Positions 9,596-19,827 of a stretch of 47,487 nucleotides of DNA are shown here, piece after piece. The stretch spans positions 1 through 47,487 of the forward strand of contig JBNAVT010000017.1 in assembly GCA_049700215.1 (NCBI GenBank), in the 5' to 3' direction. The notes below the pieces were generated by a model. It made no database searches. It saw only the letters and a program-made list of their open reading frames with translations, and was not told the origin of the DNA. The position numbers were made by a program, and so were the translations under genes. The stretch is from Thermoproteota archaeon (lineage in GTDB: Archaea > Thermoproteota > EX4484-205 > JAAOZP01). Numbering within the stretch: position 1 is the first letter of the stretch; each line of letters starts with the position of its first letter.

Positions 9596-11503
9596 CTATT
9601 CCTCCAGCCAGTCCTCTTTCTCCAGGTTTTCAGGGGAAACATAGTTTCCAAACTTTCTCTGTGCTTTCACTAATCGTTCCCTCTGCTCCTCGAGGATGCT
9701 GAACAGTTCTCGCGGCGTGTCTTCAACATTCTCCCTGAAAAACCTCTCCACACGGTTTATTTTAGCTATGTTTTCACGGACGCGCGTCGTGAACTGTTTC
9801 ACGTAGTCAGTCTTAGAGTATTCGACGCCACGCACCTCTCGGAACAGTCTTCTCAAGTCCTCGTACCTCGGGATCCAGCCGGTCGGGGTTTTCACGGCGT
9901 CCATGTCTCCATGAACCCTCAGCTCCATCCATTTCATCCAGACCTGTTTATCCCTCCTGTCGTTCAGGAACTCTCCCGTTTTCAAGTCTCTGAGAAAATA
10001 GTTAACCCCGAAGACGAGAGGCTGCTTCCTAAGCCTCCTGCCGAATTCAAGATTGTTATACACGTACTTTCCAAGCGGGATTGAGACGAAGTCCTGAATA
10101 CTCATAATGTTTATCTCATACTTACCCTCGTCCTCAACCAGCGTGAAAGTGGTTTCTGTCTCAAGCGCAGCCCCGTACGCGATGATGCCGTGCTCCCAGC
10201 TGAAGGCCTGTTGAACAGGCACATATCCCCGTGCGTCACGACACCCGTATATTATCCCGCCCAGCTCAACACCCATATGGTTGTCAAGCTCAGGGTCACA
10301 GTTTCCAAGTGCTTTAAGAGAAACAGTGTAGCGGGCATTCTTGTTGGCAGGAGGGATTTCCTCACCCTTCTCATCCTTCTTACCCTCCCACCAGTAGCCA
10401 GTGTAATTCTCCCCGTCCCTCGGGATCTCGCATCCCATGCCCAGCCAGTATGGCTTACCATCCTTGACAAGCACGTTTGAAAAAATCACCTCGCCGGGTT
10501 TCGTGAGTACTTCCCAGATGACAGGGTCGTCGACAGGATTAACATCCTTAAGAATCCCGAAGATACCGGCTTCAGCGTTGACTGCGCGGCAAACCCCCTT
10601 GATGTTTCTCAGGTAAGCTATGTCGTCAGCAAGAATAGTGTTCCCCGGGATCATTGCGGTAGAGGTTTTCCCGCAACCGCTTGGAAAAGCCCCTGCGAAA
10701 TAGGTTTTACGCCCACCTGGGCCACGGACCCCTGTTATCATCATGTGTTCCGCCAGCCACCCTTCCCAGTGGGCCCTACGGATTGTCAAGCGTAAAGCAA
10801 GCTTCTTGAAGCCGATGCTATTACCGCCGTACTGAGTATTAACACTGTAAACAATGTTTTCAACATAATCTATGTAGACGCGCTTCTTATCCGGCTCCAT
10901 GCTGATCATCCTCTCGTCAAGCTTGCCCGCCGAGTGGAGAACACAGAATAGGTCGTCTGGAACCTCGCCGCGGCGAAACGCTTCATACGCTTGGCGGTAG
11001 AGAAGGTCAACAGAGTGGGCGACGTACCAGGAGTCAGTGCACTCCATGCAGGGGATGCTGAATATTGAGCCGACTGGCCCCAGTGTGAGAAAGCGGATGA
11101 TCATCACGCGTCCCCGCATAATGTTTCTCAGCAGGCTTCTTATCTCGGCTAAGCCCTCCTCCCGCTCAACCTGGTTAAGAGCCTTGTCGAGCGAATCCCA
11201 CTTTGGCACGAGATATTTAGTGGACTCCCGGTCCCTACCCTGGTCACGCGGCCCGTCAAAATGATAAGTATGCCCCGGGATTGCCAAAGGCTTCTCCTCG
11301 CCTGAAACAACTGCCTGACGCCTCACGTACGCGATGTCCTCCGGCGAATCAGTGCAGACGAATACTTGATCAGGGTTGCACAGCTCCACTGACTCGGAGA
11401 TAAAGCGGTGGACCCTGGGAACAGGTATGGCGGCAAGCTTCAAGTAGTCAGCCTCACTTATTCTTGCTCTCAATGCTTCAAGATACTGCTGCATTTTCCT
11501 CAC
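9596..11503 (-). CDS. pckG: Phosphoenolpyruvate carboxykinase (GTP)
   Basis: YGGNSIG.KKLALR, WLAEHM, AFPSGCGKTSTAM, DDIAY, NARYT, VNYF. Confidence 0.93.
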   Translation of the reverse strand: MRKMQQYLEALRARISEADYLKLAAIPVPRVHRFISESVELCNPDQVFVCTDSPEDIAYVRRQAVVSGEEKPLAIPGHTYHFDGPRDQGRDRESTKYLVPKWDSLDKALNQVEREEGLAEIRSLLRNIMRGRVMIIRFLTLGPVGSIFSIPCMECTDSWYVAHSVDLLYRQAYEAFRRGEVPDDLFCVLHSAGKLDERMISMEPDKKRVYIDYVENIVYSVNTQYGGNSIGFKKLALRLTIRRAHWEGWLAEHMMITGVRGPGGRKTYFAGAFPSGCGKTSTAMIPGNTILADDIAYLRNIKGVCRAVNAEAGIFGILKDVNPVDDPVIWEVLTKPGEVIFSNVLVKDGKPYWLGMGCEIPRDGENYTGYWWEGKKDEKGEEIPPANKNARYTVSLKALGNCDPELDNHMGVELGGIIYGCRDARGYVPVQQAFSWEHGIIAYGAALETETTFTLVEDEGKYEINIMSIQDFVSIPLGKYVYNNLEFGRRLRKQPLVFGVNYFLRDLKTGEFLNDRRDKQVWMKWMELRVHGDMDAVKTPTGWIPRYEDLRRLFREVRGVEYSKTDYVKQFTTRVRENIAKINRVERFFRENVEDTPRELFSILEEQRERLVKAQRKFGNYVSPENLEKEDWLEE

Positions 11504-11757
11504 CCAGGTGTTTCAGAATTGAAGCACCCGGCCTAGCCCCGCCACCCGTGTCCAGCCGCGTGTCTTCAACCGGTTTCCCACCCATGCTTGCCGGCGCCAC
11601 GTGTAGGCGAGGCTTAAAAAGTTTCTCTGAAACAGGTATTTCTTTATTACGGATTCTGATTAATGATTCAGTCTCGTAAAGCCTACAGGGTTGAGCGTCA
11701 CAGCCGGCTTGCAGGCTGAAGGCCTAGAGGGAATGCCCGACGCTCTTGGCGCATGGA

Positions 11758-11771
11758 GAAAAGTTAATAAA
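11758..11771 (+). promoter_or_regulatory. BRE/TATA-like promoter for the riboswitch-led transcript
   Basis: GAAAAG-TTAATAAA about 25 nt before a leader hairpin (11795-11814). Confidence 0.5.
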
Positions 11772-11814
11772 GCTGCTGGGCGAAGGGCTTGGCCAGCCGT
11801 CCTTTGGTACGGCT

Positions 11815-11865
11815 AGGAGATGGAGCTCTCCTCCAACCGCCTCAAGCGAGGCTGATAGCTCCTAC
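11815..11865 (+). ncRNA. Fluoride riboswitch (crcB motif)
   Basis: AGGAG-AUG-GAGC-U-CUCCU-CCAACC-GCCUC-AAGC-GAGGC-UGAUA-GCUCC-UAC: P1 AGGAG/CUCCU, conserved GAUG, AAAC/AACC-type linker, P2 GCCUC/GAGGC, CUGAUR, pseudoknot GGAGC/GCUCC, terminal UAC. Confidence 0.88.
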
Positions 11866-11867
11866 TC

Positions 11868-12740
11868 TTGTACGTGTGGAGGATGGTGTGGTTGGGAACC
11901 GAGGCGGTGAGGATCGGGAGGAGGATTCTGCTGCGGAAAACAGTAGAGTATATTACTGCTAGGCAGAACGATGACGGGGGGTATACTTCTGTCCAGTTCA
12001 CGGACTCCACTCTCTACGATACTTATCTTGCCTTCGAAACACTGAGGCTTCTTAAAGTAAGCCCTCCCAGGGTTGATGACACTATAACATGGGTTAGAAA
12101 CTATAAAGCTATGAACATTAGAGACTATTATCTTATTAACAGGATTCTAATGGTTCTAAACCAGCCTCTGATAGATGTTTCCAAGCATGTTTTTGAACTA
12201 ATGGATTCCACGGGAAGGTTTGGAGCATCCGAGGTTGACGTTGAAACAGTTTCAGAGGTTGAAACAACCTTCATGTGCGTGGAGCTTATGAGCATGCTTA
12301 ACTTTGAGCAGAACCGGGGCAGGATAATAGGGTTCCTTCTTTCCCTGAAGAATCCTGACGGCGGATTCGGCGCCGCGGGGTCAAGTCTAAACTCAACCTT
12401 CTACGCTCTCAAAACGCTTTCAACGCTGAACCATCCTGTTGATGGGATGCTGGACACTCTGCGCTTCGTCAGGATGCATGAGAATCCTGACGGGGGCTTC
12501 TCCCTTAAACCGGGTGTCAAACCATCCTTCATGGAGCCGACTTTCATGGGGTTAACGTGCCTCCAATTGTTTAACGAGGACCCCATCTACCCTATTGAAA
12601 CCATAGGCTTCATCCTGGGCTGTCAAAACTCTAACGGAGGGTTCAGGAGGAGCCTGGAGCACGGCATCTCTACTTTCGAGTATACTTTTCAAGCAGTCTC
12701 TTCCCTAAGGATGCTGGGCCTAGGGGTGGAAGCGTTTTGA
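11868..12740 (+). CDS. Prenyltransferase/squalene oxidase repeat protein (COG1689-like)
   Basis: Repeated QNDDGGY, NPDGGFG, ENPDGGFS, QNSNGGFR motifs, each followed by a T.. helix; true start probably downstream (about 11883-11907). Confidence 0.85.
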   Translation: MYVWRMVWLGTEAVRIGRRILLRKTVEYITARQNDDGGYTSVQFTDSTLYDTYLAFETLRLLKVSPPRVDDTITWVRNYKAMNIRDYYLINRILMVLNQPLIDVSKHVFELMDSTGRFGASEVDVETVSEVETTFMCVELMSMLNFEQNRGRIIGFLLSLKNPDGGFGAAGSSLNSTFYALKTLSTLNHPVDGMLDTLRFVRMHENPDGGFSLKPGVKPSFMEPTFMGLTCLQLFNEDPIYPIETIGFILGCQNSNGGFRRSLEHGISTFEYTFQAVSSLRMLGLGVEAF

Positions 12741-13210
12741 GCAGCAGCCAGCTGGACAAGAAGCATGAGCGGTTTGTTTTCTCCGCCGCTCTAGCTCTCC
12801 GGAAATACGTTAAAGACTTGAGGAGACTGGTTTACGAGGGCGAGCCCCCGGAGGCCTCGGGCGTAGCGGGCAGGCCTGCAGCGCTTTCAGGCGGCGACGC
12901 GGAAAACTTTGCCAAAAAGCTTAACGAGATAGAGCGAATAATCGACGAGTTTACTGAAAGATTCAACCCTAGGGTCAGCAGTGAGCCCAGCCTAAGCCTG
13001 ACATACATATGGATAAGTATACTTCTCGGGAAAATGGAGGGCATTGTTGAAAGCATTGATCCGCGGAGCCTCGGGAAAACCAGGGGAGAGATGCCGCGTG
13101 AACTCGAAGCATATCTCGACACCAGGGTTAAGACTCTTCTAAGCCTCATCAGGGGATTGAGGTCAACCTACACTACTGCCGCCAGCAAGACCCAGTTGCC
13201 CACAGAGTAA
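12737..13210 (+). CDS. Hypothetical all-helical protein, translationally coupled to the upstream gene
   Basis: 157 aa, 4-nt TTGA start/stop overlap. Confidence 0.7.
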   Translation: MSSSQLDKKHERFVFSAALALRKYVKDLRRLVYEGEPPEASGVAGRPAALSGGDAENFAKKLNEIERIIDEFTERFNPRVSSEPSLSLTYIWISILLGKMEGIVESIDPRSLGKTRGEMPRELEAYLDTRVKTLLSLIRGLRSTYTTAASKTQLPTE

Positions 13211-13241
13211 GCATTATATTTTCCGCCGGGCCTGGTTTACA

Positions 13242-13736
13242 ATGCTGATGGAAAGAGCTGAAGCCAGGCGGAGGCTGCTTGAGCTTGTTGAAAGGTTTCG
13301 CGAGAAAGGTGCTACAAGCCCCGACAAGGCCATGACCCCTGAGGAGCTCGGCCTCCCACCTTGGTTTAGACGCCTCATGCGCAGCCGCCTTGGGAAGCTG
13401 GGAGTATTCGTTGAGAAGGACGGCAAGTATTATCTTTCCGAGGAGCGTTTAAAGCAGCTGGAGAAAATGAGGGGTGAAATGCTGGAGGCCCGGAGCGCTC
13501 GGAGAAACCTGTTCATGCTTAGGATAGCGAGAGTAACTGTTGGAATACTACTCGTATCACTCCTGCTGGTGAACATTTACGCTAGGGATCCCGGTGTTAG
13601 AACCGTGTATTCCATACTGCTGGTCGCCCTGCTAGCCGTATCAATCCTTCAGCTCTACTATTTGACGAAGACTAGAAAGATTTTCGAGGCGCGATTGAAA
13701 AAAGGAAACATGGCGGCACCGCCCAAATCTGTTTGA
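13242..13736 (+). CDS. Hypothetical membrane protein with N-terminal wHTH-like region
   Basis: Two C-terminal TM helices; GATSP.KAMT.EELG...GKYYLSE. Confidence 0.65.
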   Translation: MLMERAEARRRLLELVERFREKGATSPDKAMTPEELGLPPWFRRLMRSRLGKLGVFVEKDGKYYLSEERLKQLEKMRGEMLEARSARRNLFMLRIARVTVGILLVSLLLVNIYARDPGVRTVYSILLVALLAVSILQLYYLTKTRKIFEARLKKGNMAAPPKSV

Positions 13737-13776
13737 AGAATAATATATTATGCTTAGCCGAGCTATACTGTTGCCT

Positions 13777-16722
13777 CTATCCTTTCACAACGCCCAGGGG
13801 CACTAGCCTGGCGACCTTGCGTGAAATACCCGCCCTGTGCGTGACCTCCACAACCTCGTCAGGATCCTTGTATGCTCCCGGAGCCTCCTCAGCAACAAGG
13901 TTCATGTCCGCAACCCTAAGGTAGACTCCTCTCTCCTCAAGCATCCCCCTGATCTGCCTACTCGTGAACCTCCGCATCGCCTCATGCCTGCTCAGCATTC
14001 TCCCAGCGCCGTGGGCTGTTGAGCCGAAGCTCGCCTCCATCGCAGCCTCAGTTCCAACGAGAACCCAGCTGGCTGAGCCCATTGAGCCGGGTATTAGAAC
14101 AGGCTGGCCGTACTGCCTGTACTTGGAGGGAATATGGCTGCTCCCAGGTGGGAAAGACCTGGTAGCGCCCTTCCTGTGGACGACAACCCTCTTCCCCTCA
14201 CCGTTAACCTTGTGGTCCTCAATCTTAGCAATGTTGTGCGCAACATCGTAGAGAACGTTCAAGCCAAACTCGGAAGCATCCTTTTTAAAAACCTTCGCGA
14301 AGCTCTCTCTAACCCAGTGGGTGATAACCTGCCTGTTTAGGAAGGCATAGTTCACGGCGCAGGCCATGGCTGCAAAATAGTCCCTAGCCTCCTGGCTTTC
14401 AACCGGGACGGCTGCCAGCTCCCTGTCCGGCAACCAGATGTTATACTTCCTGCTCGCCGCCTCCATGGTTTTAAGATAATCACTGCAAATCTGGTGGCCG
14501 TATCCACGGCTCCCCGTATGTATTAGTACCACTATCTGGCCGACTCTCTCAATGCCAAATCCCCTAGCAACCTCCCCATCGATAATCCTCTCCACATAGT
14601 CTATTTCAAGGAAATGGTTTCCGCTTCCCAGGCTGCCCAGCTGTGGCAGGCCACGCCTCTTAGCGGTGACGCTCACCCTGCCCGGGTCCGCGCCCCGTAG
14701 GCAACCGTTCTCCTCAATGAACTCCGCATCCTCCCTCCAGCCGTATCCACGCTTAATAGCCCAGCCGACACCTTCCCTGACAGCAGTATCCAGCTCGTCG
14801 AAGCCCATTCTAAGCTTACCCTCAGAACCCAAGCCTGAAGGAACATTACGGAAAATCTCGTCCAGTAGCTCTCTTAAAACAGGCTTAACGTCGCCAACAT
14901 TCAGATTCGTAAGCAAGAGTCTTACTCCACAGTTTGAAACCACGAAGCCGTTAGCTATGAAATTGTGAACGTCGTCCTTAACAGTAAAATCGTAAACCTC
15001 CTCGTTGAACAGTAGTTCCTCCTTCTTCACAATCCTGTCCCAGACCGCGCCTGTTTTGCCGAGGCCCCTCGTCGCCGACTCTAGAAAATCCTCGAAGGAG
15101 GGGAAGTTTAACGGCGCTCTTGGAAGGCTTTTCCTCTCCCCATACAGAGATCTTTCGATAAACCTTCGGTTTACGTATTCAGACTCTAGGCTTTCATATA
15201 TAGTTGTGTTAGACAAGCCCCCGTTCTTCATGGCTATGGCTACGAGTTCCGCATTCTTCCTAGCCTTTATAATACGCGTCTTCAGCTTCAAGTAGTGGAC
15301 AGCAACGTTTGCAAGATGCTTCTTCTCCCTGTTGTATTCAAACCCGACTGCACCCCATAGTTTGACTAAATTCTCCGGGGAACCAGATATTATCAGGCGG
15401 AGCCTGGCGGAAGCACTTTTCTTCCCCTTAACCGCTTCAGGCTCAACTGTTATTTTCTTAACTTTAACTCCGAATTCTCCCAGAAGCAGAGCGATCTGCT
15501 TAAGGAACTTTACGCCAGCCTCCTCGCAACCCTTTTTCTTGTTCTGACTCAGGACGGGCATATAGAAGTTGAAGGGATGCCCTGTGACTGTTTTCGGCTT
15601 GGAAAGCTCGGCTCCGAAGAACGCGGCGAGGAAAAGCCTCTTCTGCCAGAGGGGGAGCCTGAACAGCCATTCGGGTAACGCGTATTTCTGCGAGGCCTTG
15701 TTTCCCAGGGGGACGCCCATTGCAGCCATAAGCGAGATAAAGCTTCTTGAACAAACCTTAATACTGTGCTCGACCGTTATAAAACCGTACTCGCTGTATT
15801 TAGTTTTAACCCTGTGTCTTCTAACCCTTGAATAGATTTTAGAGGGTTTAAAGCCCACGCGTAAAACATCGCTCCTTATATCCTCTAAGTCTTCAACCCC
15901 CGCGAAGAAACAGGCTGAGCGGCTCTTCTCAGTGTATACTAGAACTCCATCACCGAGTATAAAGCCCATTAGCTTAAGCAGATATGGAAATTTAATGTTA
16001 TCACTCTTCAACGGAAGAAGTCCTCTTCTCTTGAGTTCAGAGAGCACTAGGTTTTTTCGGCCGGGAACCTTAAGACGCTTTATATCATCCTCCGTCACTA
16101 TAGTTATGGGCTCAGCATTTTCATAGAGTACTCCCTCAAACGGGTAGACGGCAACATCCTCACAGCCTATCTCGCTCAACGGCACCATTCCCCTGCGTGT
16201 GAGGAAAGGATGGTCCTCTGTGGCTATTATCTTCATGCCTGAGCTTGTTTCAACCCTGAAAATCCTCCTGTCAGGGCGAATCCTGATGAAACCCACGATC
16301 TCAGTGGGCTTAGCACCCTTTTCAAGACTAACGCATGTAACCCGTTCACGGTTCCAACTGTTTAAGAACTCTTTAATGGGAAGCCTGTAGCCATGCTCAT
16401 GTAGAATCATGCTGTCCCCCGCTAAGCAGTTGATATCATATCCCACGCCGCCGGGTGATACAACTCCTTCCTTAACGTCAAAAGCACCGACTCCTCCGAT
16501 CGGAAAGCCATAGCCTTCATGACCATCTGGTAGAATAATCGAATATTTATATATCCCGGGAAGTGTTGCCACGTTTAATCCCTGCTCAATCGTTTTATCC
16601 TGCGTCATCTTCTGTAACAACGTTTCATCCGCAAAGATTTTAAGCGGCACTCGCATCCCCTTCTTAGTGCCCACGCTAACTTGGTATTCTACATCCGAAA
16701 CCTTTTCAAACCCGTAACTCAT
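13777..16722 (-). CDS. rtcB: tRNA-splicing ligase RtcB, intein-containing
   Basis: PDGHEGYGFPIG, GYDIN/CGVRL, GSGNHFLE, HTGSRG.GH, HNIAK, HRKGAT, HGAGR, EEAP.AYK; 981 aa = 482 extein + 499 intein. Confidence 0.96.
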   Translation of the reverse strand: MSYGFEKVSDVEYQVSVGTKKGMRVPLKIFADETLLQKMTQDKTIEQGLNVATLPGIYKYSIILPDGHEGYGFPIGGVGAFDVKEGVVSPGGVGYDINCLAGDSMILHEHGYRLPIKEFLNSWNRERVTCVSLEKGAKPTEIVGFIRIRPDRRIFRVETSSGMKIIATEDHPFLTRRGMVPLSEIGCEDVAVYPFEGVLYENAEPITIVTEDDIKRLKVPGRKNLVLSELKRRGLLPLKSDNIKFPYLLKLMGFILGDGVLVYTEKSRSACFFAGVEDLEDIRSDVLRVGFKPSKIYSRVRRHRVKTKYSEYGFITVEHSIKVCSRSFISLMAAMGVPLGNKASQKYALPEWLFRLPLWQKRLFLAAFFGAELSKPKTVTGHPFNFYMPVLSQNKKKGCEEAGVKFLKQIALLLGEFGVKVKKITVEPEAVKGKKSASARLRLIISGSPENLVKLWGAVGFEYNREKKHLANVAVHYLKLKTRIIKARKNAELVAIAMKNGGLSNTTIYESLESEYVNRRFIERSLYGERKSLPRAPLNFPSFEDFLESATRGLGKTGAVWDRIVKKEELLFNEEVYDFTVKDDVHNFIANGFVVSNCGVRLLLTNLNVGDVKPVLRELLDEIFRNVPSGLGSEGKLRMGFDELDTAVREGVGWAIKRGYGWREDAEFIEENGCLRGADPGRVSVTAKRRGLPQLGSLGSGNHFLEIDYVERIIDGEVARGFGIERVGQIVVLIHTGSRGYGHQICSDYLKTMEAASRKYNIWLPDRELAAVPVESQEARDYFAAMACAVNYAFLNRQVITHWVRESFAKVFKKDASEFGLNVLYDVAHNIAKIEDHKVNGEGKRVVVHRKGATRSFPPGSSHIPSKYRQYGQPVLIPGSMGSASWVLVGTEAAMEASFGSTAHGAGRMLSRHEAMRRFTSRQIRGMLEERGVYLRVADMNLVAEEAPGAYKDPDEVVEVTHRAGISRKVARLVPLGVVKG
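14932..16428 (-). mobile_element. Intein with LAGLIDADG homing endonuclease in RtcB
   Basis: Begins CLAGDS, block B ATEDHPF, LMGFILGDG, LAAFFGAE, ends VYDFTV...HNFIANGFVVSN followed by Cys+1. Confidence 0.95.
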
Positions 16723-17003
16723 TTCTCGGGATCACCCTTTAGGGTTTTTCCTGAATTTCCCCAGGTGACCCCCAGGGATTCTCGCCTTAAAACCCTCAGC
16801 CTTATAACGTTTCTCGGGTTATTAAGGTTTTCCCCATGGGGAAAATTAGTTAAAGCATTGTTTTTCAGAGTATGGGAGAAGACGGTATGGTTCCACGGGT
16901 ATTCGGATAATTAGGTTTAACCGGTCCAGTTGCCAAAGCGTGTAAAGAATTATGAGGCAGGCGAGGCCAGGCTTATATCGAAGCACCCCTCCTATTTCCA
17001 GTA

Positions 17004-18859
17004 ATGCATACTGTTCCCAGCGCTTGGAAAACCAGTCACGTCCAAGCGCAAGTCTTAAAGCTGAGAAAACGGATACTTCTAATTCTCACAATGCTTTTCA
17101 TAGTTTTGTTTTCAACCCTGTATTATCTCTTCGCTATTCAACCCGGTTCCCCCGGGAAGTCGGTGCGGATTTCGTTTAAGGATATTCAACCATCCAGTGA
17201 GAAGTCCCAGGTCTATGAGACTGTTGAGCTGGACATCAGGCTTAACGGCAGTGTAAGCAATCCTTTCGATGAGAACGAGGTTAACGTTACTTCAGAAATC
17301 ACTCTTCCAAACGGTTTGAAACGGAGCATACCTGCTTTCTTCTATCAGAACTATGAGAGGCGCGTTGTGAACGACGGGGAGAGCCTGCTTCCATCTGGAG
17401 AACCTTTTTGGAAGCTGAGGTTCACACCCGTGCTGGAGGGAAGCTACACCATTGTTTTACAGGTGTACTCAAGGGGAGTGCTCACGGATTCACGCGAGCT
17501 AACTATAGAAGTCAAGGGCTATTCGCATGACCCTGGTTTCGTAAGGCTCCACGGTAATTACTTGGTTTGCGACGATGGCTCAGACCTTTTCCTAATCGGC
17601 CAGAACGTTTGCTGGTATACGGAGTCTAGGAAAACTCTTGACTACGATGTTTGGTTTGAGAAAATGGCTGAGAACGGTATGAATTACGCGAGAATATGGA
17701 TGGCTCCCTGGGCCTTTGCAGTCGAGTGGAGTGATAGGGCAGGCAGTTACGATTTGAAGGAGGCGTGGAGGCTAGACTACGTGTTTAGGCTTGCGGAGGA
17801 AAAAGGAATATACTTGATGCTGTGCTTGGTTAACCATGGGCAGCTGAAGGCTGATGAAAACTGGAGTGGCAACCCGTATAATAGGGCACGCGGAGGACCA
17901 TTGTCTTCACCCGAGCAGTTTTTCACGGATCCTGCTGCAAAGGGTCTTTTCAAGAAGAGGCTGAGATACTTGGTTTCGAGATACGCTTACAGCACTCATC
18001 TATTAGCCTGGGAGTTTTTCAACGAGGTTGATTTAACCGATAACTATAATCCCTCCAACGTAGCAAGCTGGCATGTTGAAATGGCTGGTTACTTGAGAAG
18101 CATAGATCACTACGGGCATTAATCACCACGAGCTTCGCGGGGCCGGCTGAGGGAGACCCTGTGTGGAGAACATCTGTTTTAGACTTCACGCAGACACATC
18201 TGTATGGTCCTGGTTTCAGGGATCTTGCGCAAGTGGTTTCAAACGAGATAAAAAGGAAGCTGTCGGCATACGGGAAGCCGACGTTAATCGGCGAGTTCGC
18301 CGCCGATTGGAGGTGGTTCGACTCACCCCTATACTATAAGGATCAGGAGGGCTTTGAGATTCACGAGGGTATTTGGGCTTCATGCATGAGCGGCTCCTTT
18401 GGCACAGCCATGCTGTGGTGGTGGGATGTCTATGTTGAGCCGTTTAACCTGTATTATCATTACGCGGCTTTAAGAAGGTTTCTGACGGACGTCTGCTTCA
18501 GCAGGGCTGGGTTCACGGAGCTTGATTACAGGGTTGTTGAAAACGAGAAGGCTAACGCGACGAATACTGGTTTCGAGGTTTTCGGCCTTAGAAACGGGAC
18601 TTTCACAATGGGCTGGGTGAGGAACAAGGATTACAACTGGTTTAACGCCGTTAACAACTATACTCTTAAGACGGTTGGAGGAGTCGACGTGGAGTTTCCA
18701 GTTTTCAACGCGGGAAGCTACTTGTTCGAGGTCTGGGATGCTTACTCCGGGGAGAAAACCTGGGCTACCAGGGTAGAATCCTCTGACGGGAGGCTTGTAG
18801 TAGAGATCCCTTCTTTTCTTAAAGACGTGTCTTTTAAAATAATCATGGTTGAAAAATAA
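17004..18859 (+). pseudogene. Membrane-anchored glycoside hydrolase (DUF5060 + GH5-like TIM barrel), split by a 1-nt frameshift near 18120
   Basis: NPFD..V, FW.LRFTP, NYARIW, AWEFFNEVD (acid/base), IGEF (nucleophile); CAT-TAATC reads HLITTS if one T is added; may be a sequencing error. Confidence 0.75.
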
Positions 18860-18911
18860 GGTGTTCCTCATAAGCTTTATAACGCTCAGGAGGTTTCATA
18901 CTCCACGCAGC

Positions 18912-19379
18912 ATGAGGCAGCTTGTCGTCTATTATTCTAGGACGGGGACCACGAGGAAGATTGCGGAAGCCGTTGCGGAGGTTTTAAAATGTGATGTTGA
19001 GGAAATCAGGGATTTAAAGAACAGGGCTGGCGTCTTAGGCTGGCTGAGTTCAGGCATGGACGCGACTTTGAAGAGGCTAACCAAGATAGAGAAGCCTGTT
19101 AAGCCTCCCGAGCTTTTCGACGTTACAGTGATCGGTACTCCCGTATGGAACAGCACAGTGTCCACACCGATTAGAACATACGTAGTGGAGTATAGGGATC
19201 GGTTTAAACAAGTCGCGTTCTTCTGTACCCAATACGGTTCCAAGAGTGGCGCGTTGAAAGACATGGACGCCCTTTGCGGCAGGAAACCGGTTGCAACGCT
19301 TATGCTGAGGAGGAGTCAAGTGGAAACCGGCGAGTACGCCGACGCTGTTAGAAAATTCTGCGCGCAGATAACTCAGTAG
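18912..19379 (+). CDS. Flavodoxin family protein
   Basis: VVYYSRTGTT..IA, IGTPVW, VAFFCT. Confidence 0.85.
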   Translation: MRQLVVYYSRTGTTRKIAEAVAEVLKCDVEEIRDLKNRAGVLGWLSSGMDATLKRLTKIEKPVKPPELFDVTVIGTPVWNSTVSTPIRTYVVEYRDRFKQVAFFCTQYGSKSGALKDMDALCGRKPVATLMLRRSQVETGEYADAVRKFCAQITQ

Positions 19380-19457
19380 GCAAGCATCCGTGGCGAAAAG
19401 GGATTCCGAGCAGGCTACCACTGGCCGTGTTACCATTTCTAGGCCGATGGCTTTTGA

Positions 19458-19790
19458 TTACTTGCCGTATTTTTCCACCCTGTATTTCTCAATCGCGTTT
19501 ATTAAGCTCTACCTCAGCCTTATAGCTTGCTGTACTGCTGTAAGCGGGATCACGTATATTTTATCCGGGTCCTCCGGATCTGCGAATAAAACAATTCCTC
19601 CGTCAGAGTCCACATTCTGAAAGGATACGTCCATTCTACGACAAGTGTCTCTATCCGCATGCCAAACTGGTCGTAAATATTCTCTATCCTAATATCCTTC
19701 TCCTTAACTAGGAAGCCGTGTTCAACACATATCTGCTTCATCCTTTCAGCGTCCAGCTTGCTTGAGAAAGTAATGCTAAAGCATTCGAAA
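19458..19790 (-). pseudogene. Degraded hypothetical gene
   Basis: Coding-like frames joined by a frameshift near 19640, with an in-frame TAG at 19509-19511. Confidence 0.35.
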
Positions 19791-19827
19791 GTTTCTCTAA
19801 GCGCACGCTAAGGTTGGCGCGCAGAAA

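Noticed and set aside
13242-13736. Third gene as part of the riboswitch operon
   Set aside because: A TATA-like ATTATAT lies about 25 nt before its ATG, so it may be transcribed independently; not excluded
19509-19511. In-frame TAG as possible pyrrolysine read-through
   Set aside because: The same ORF is also frameshifted and no pyl genes are in the window; decay is simpler
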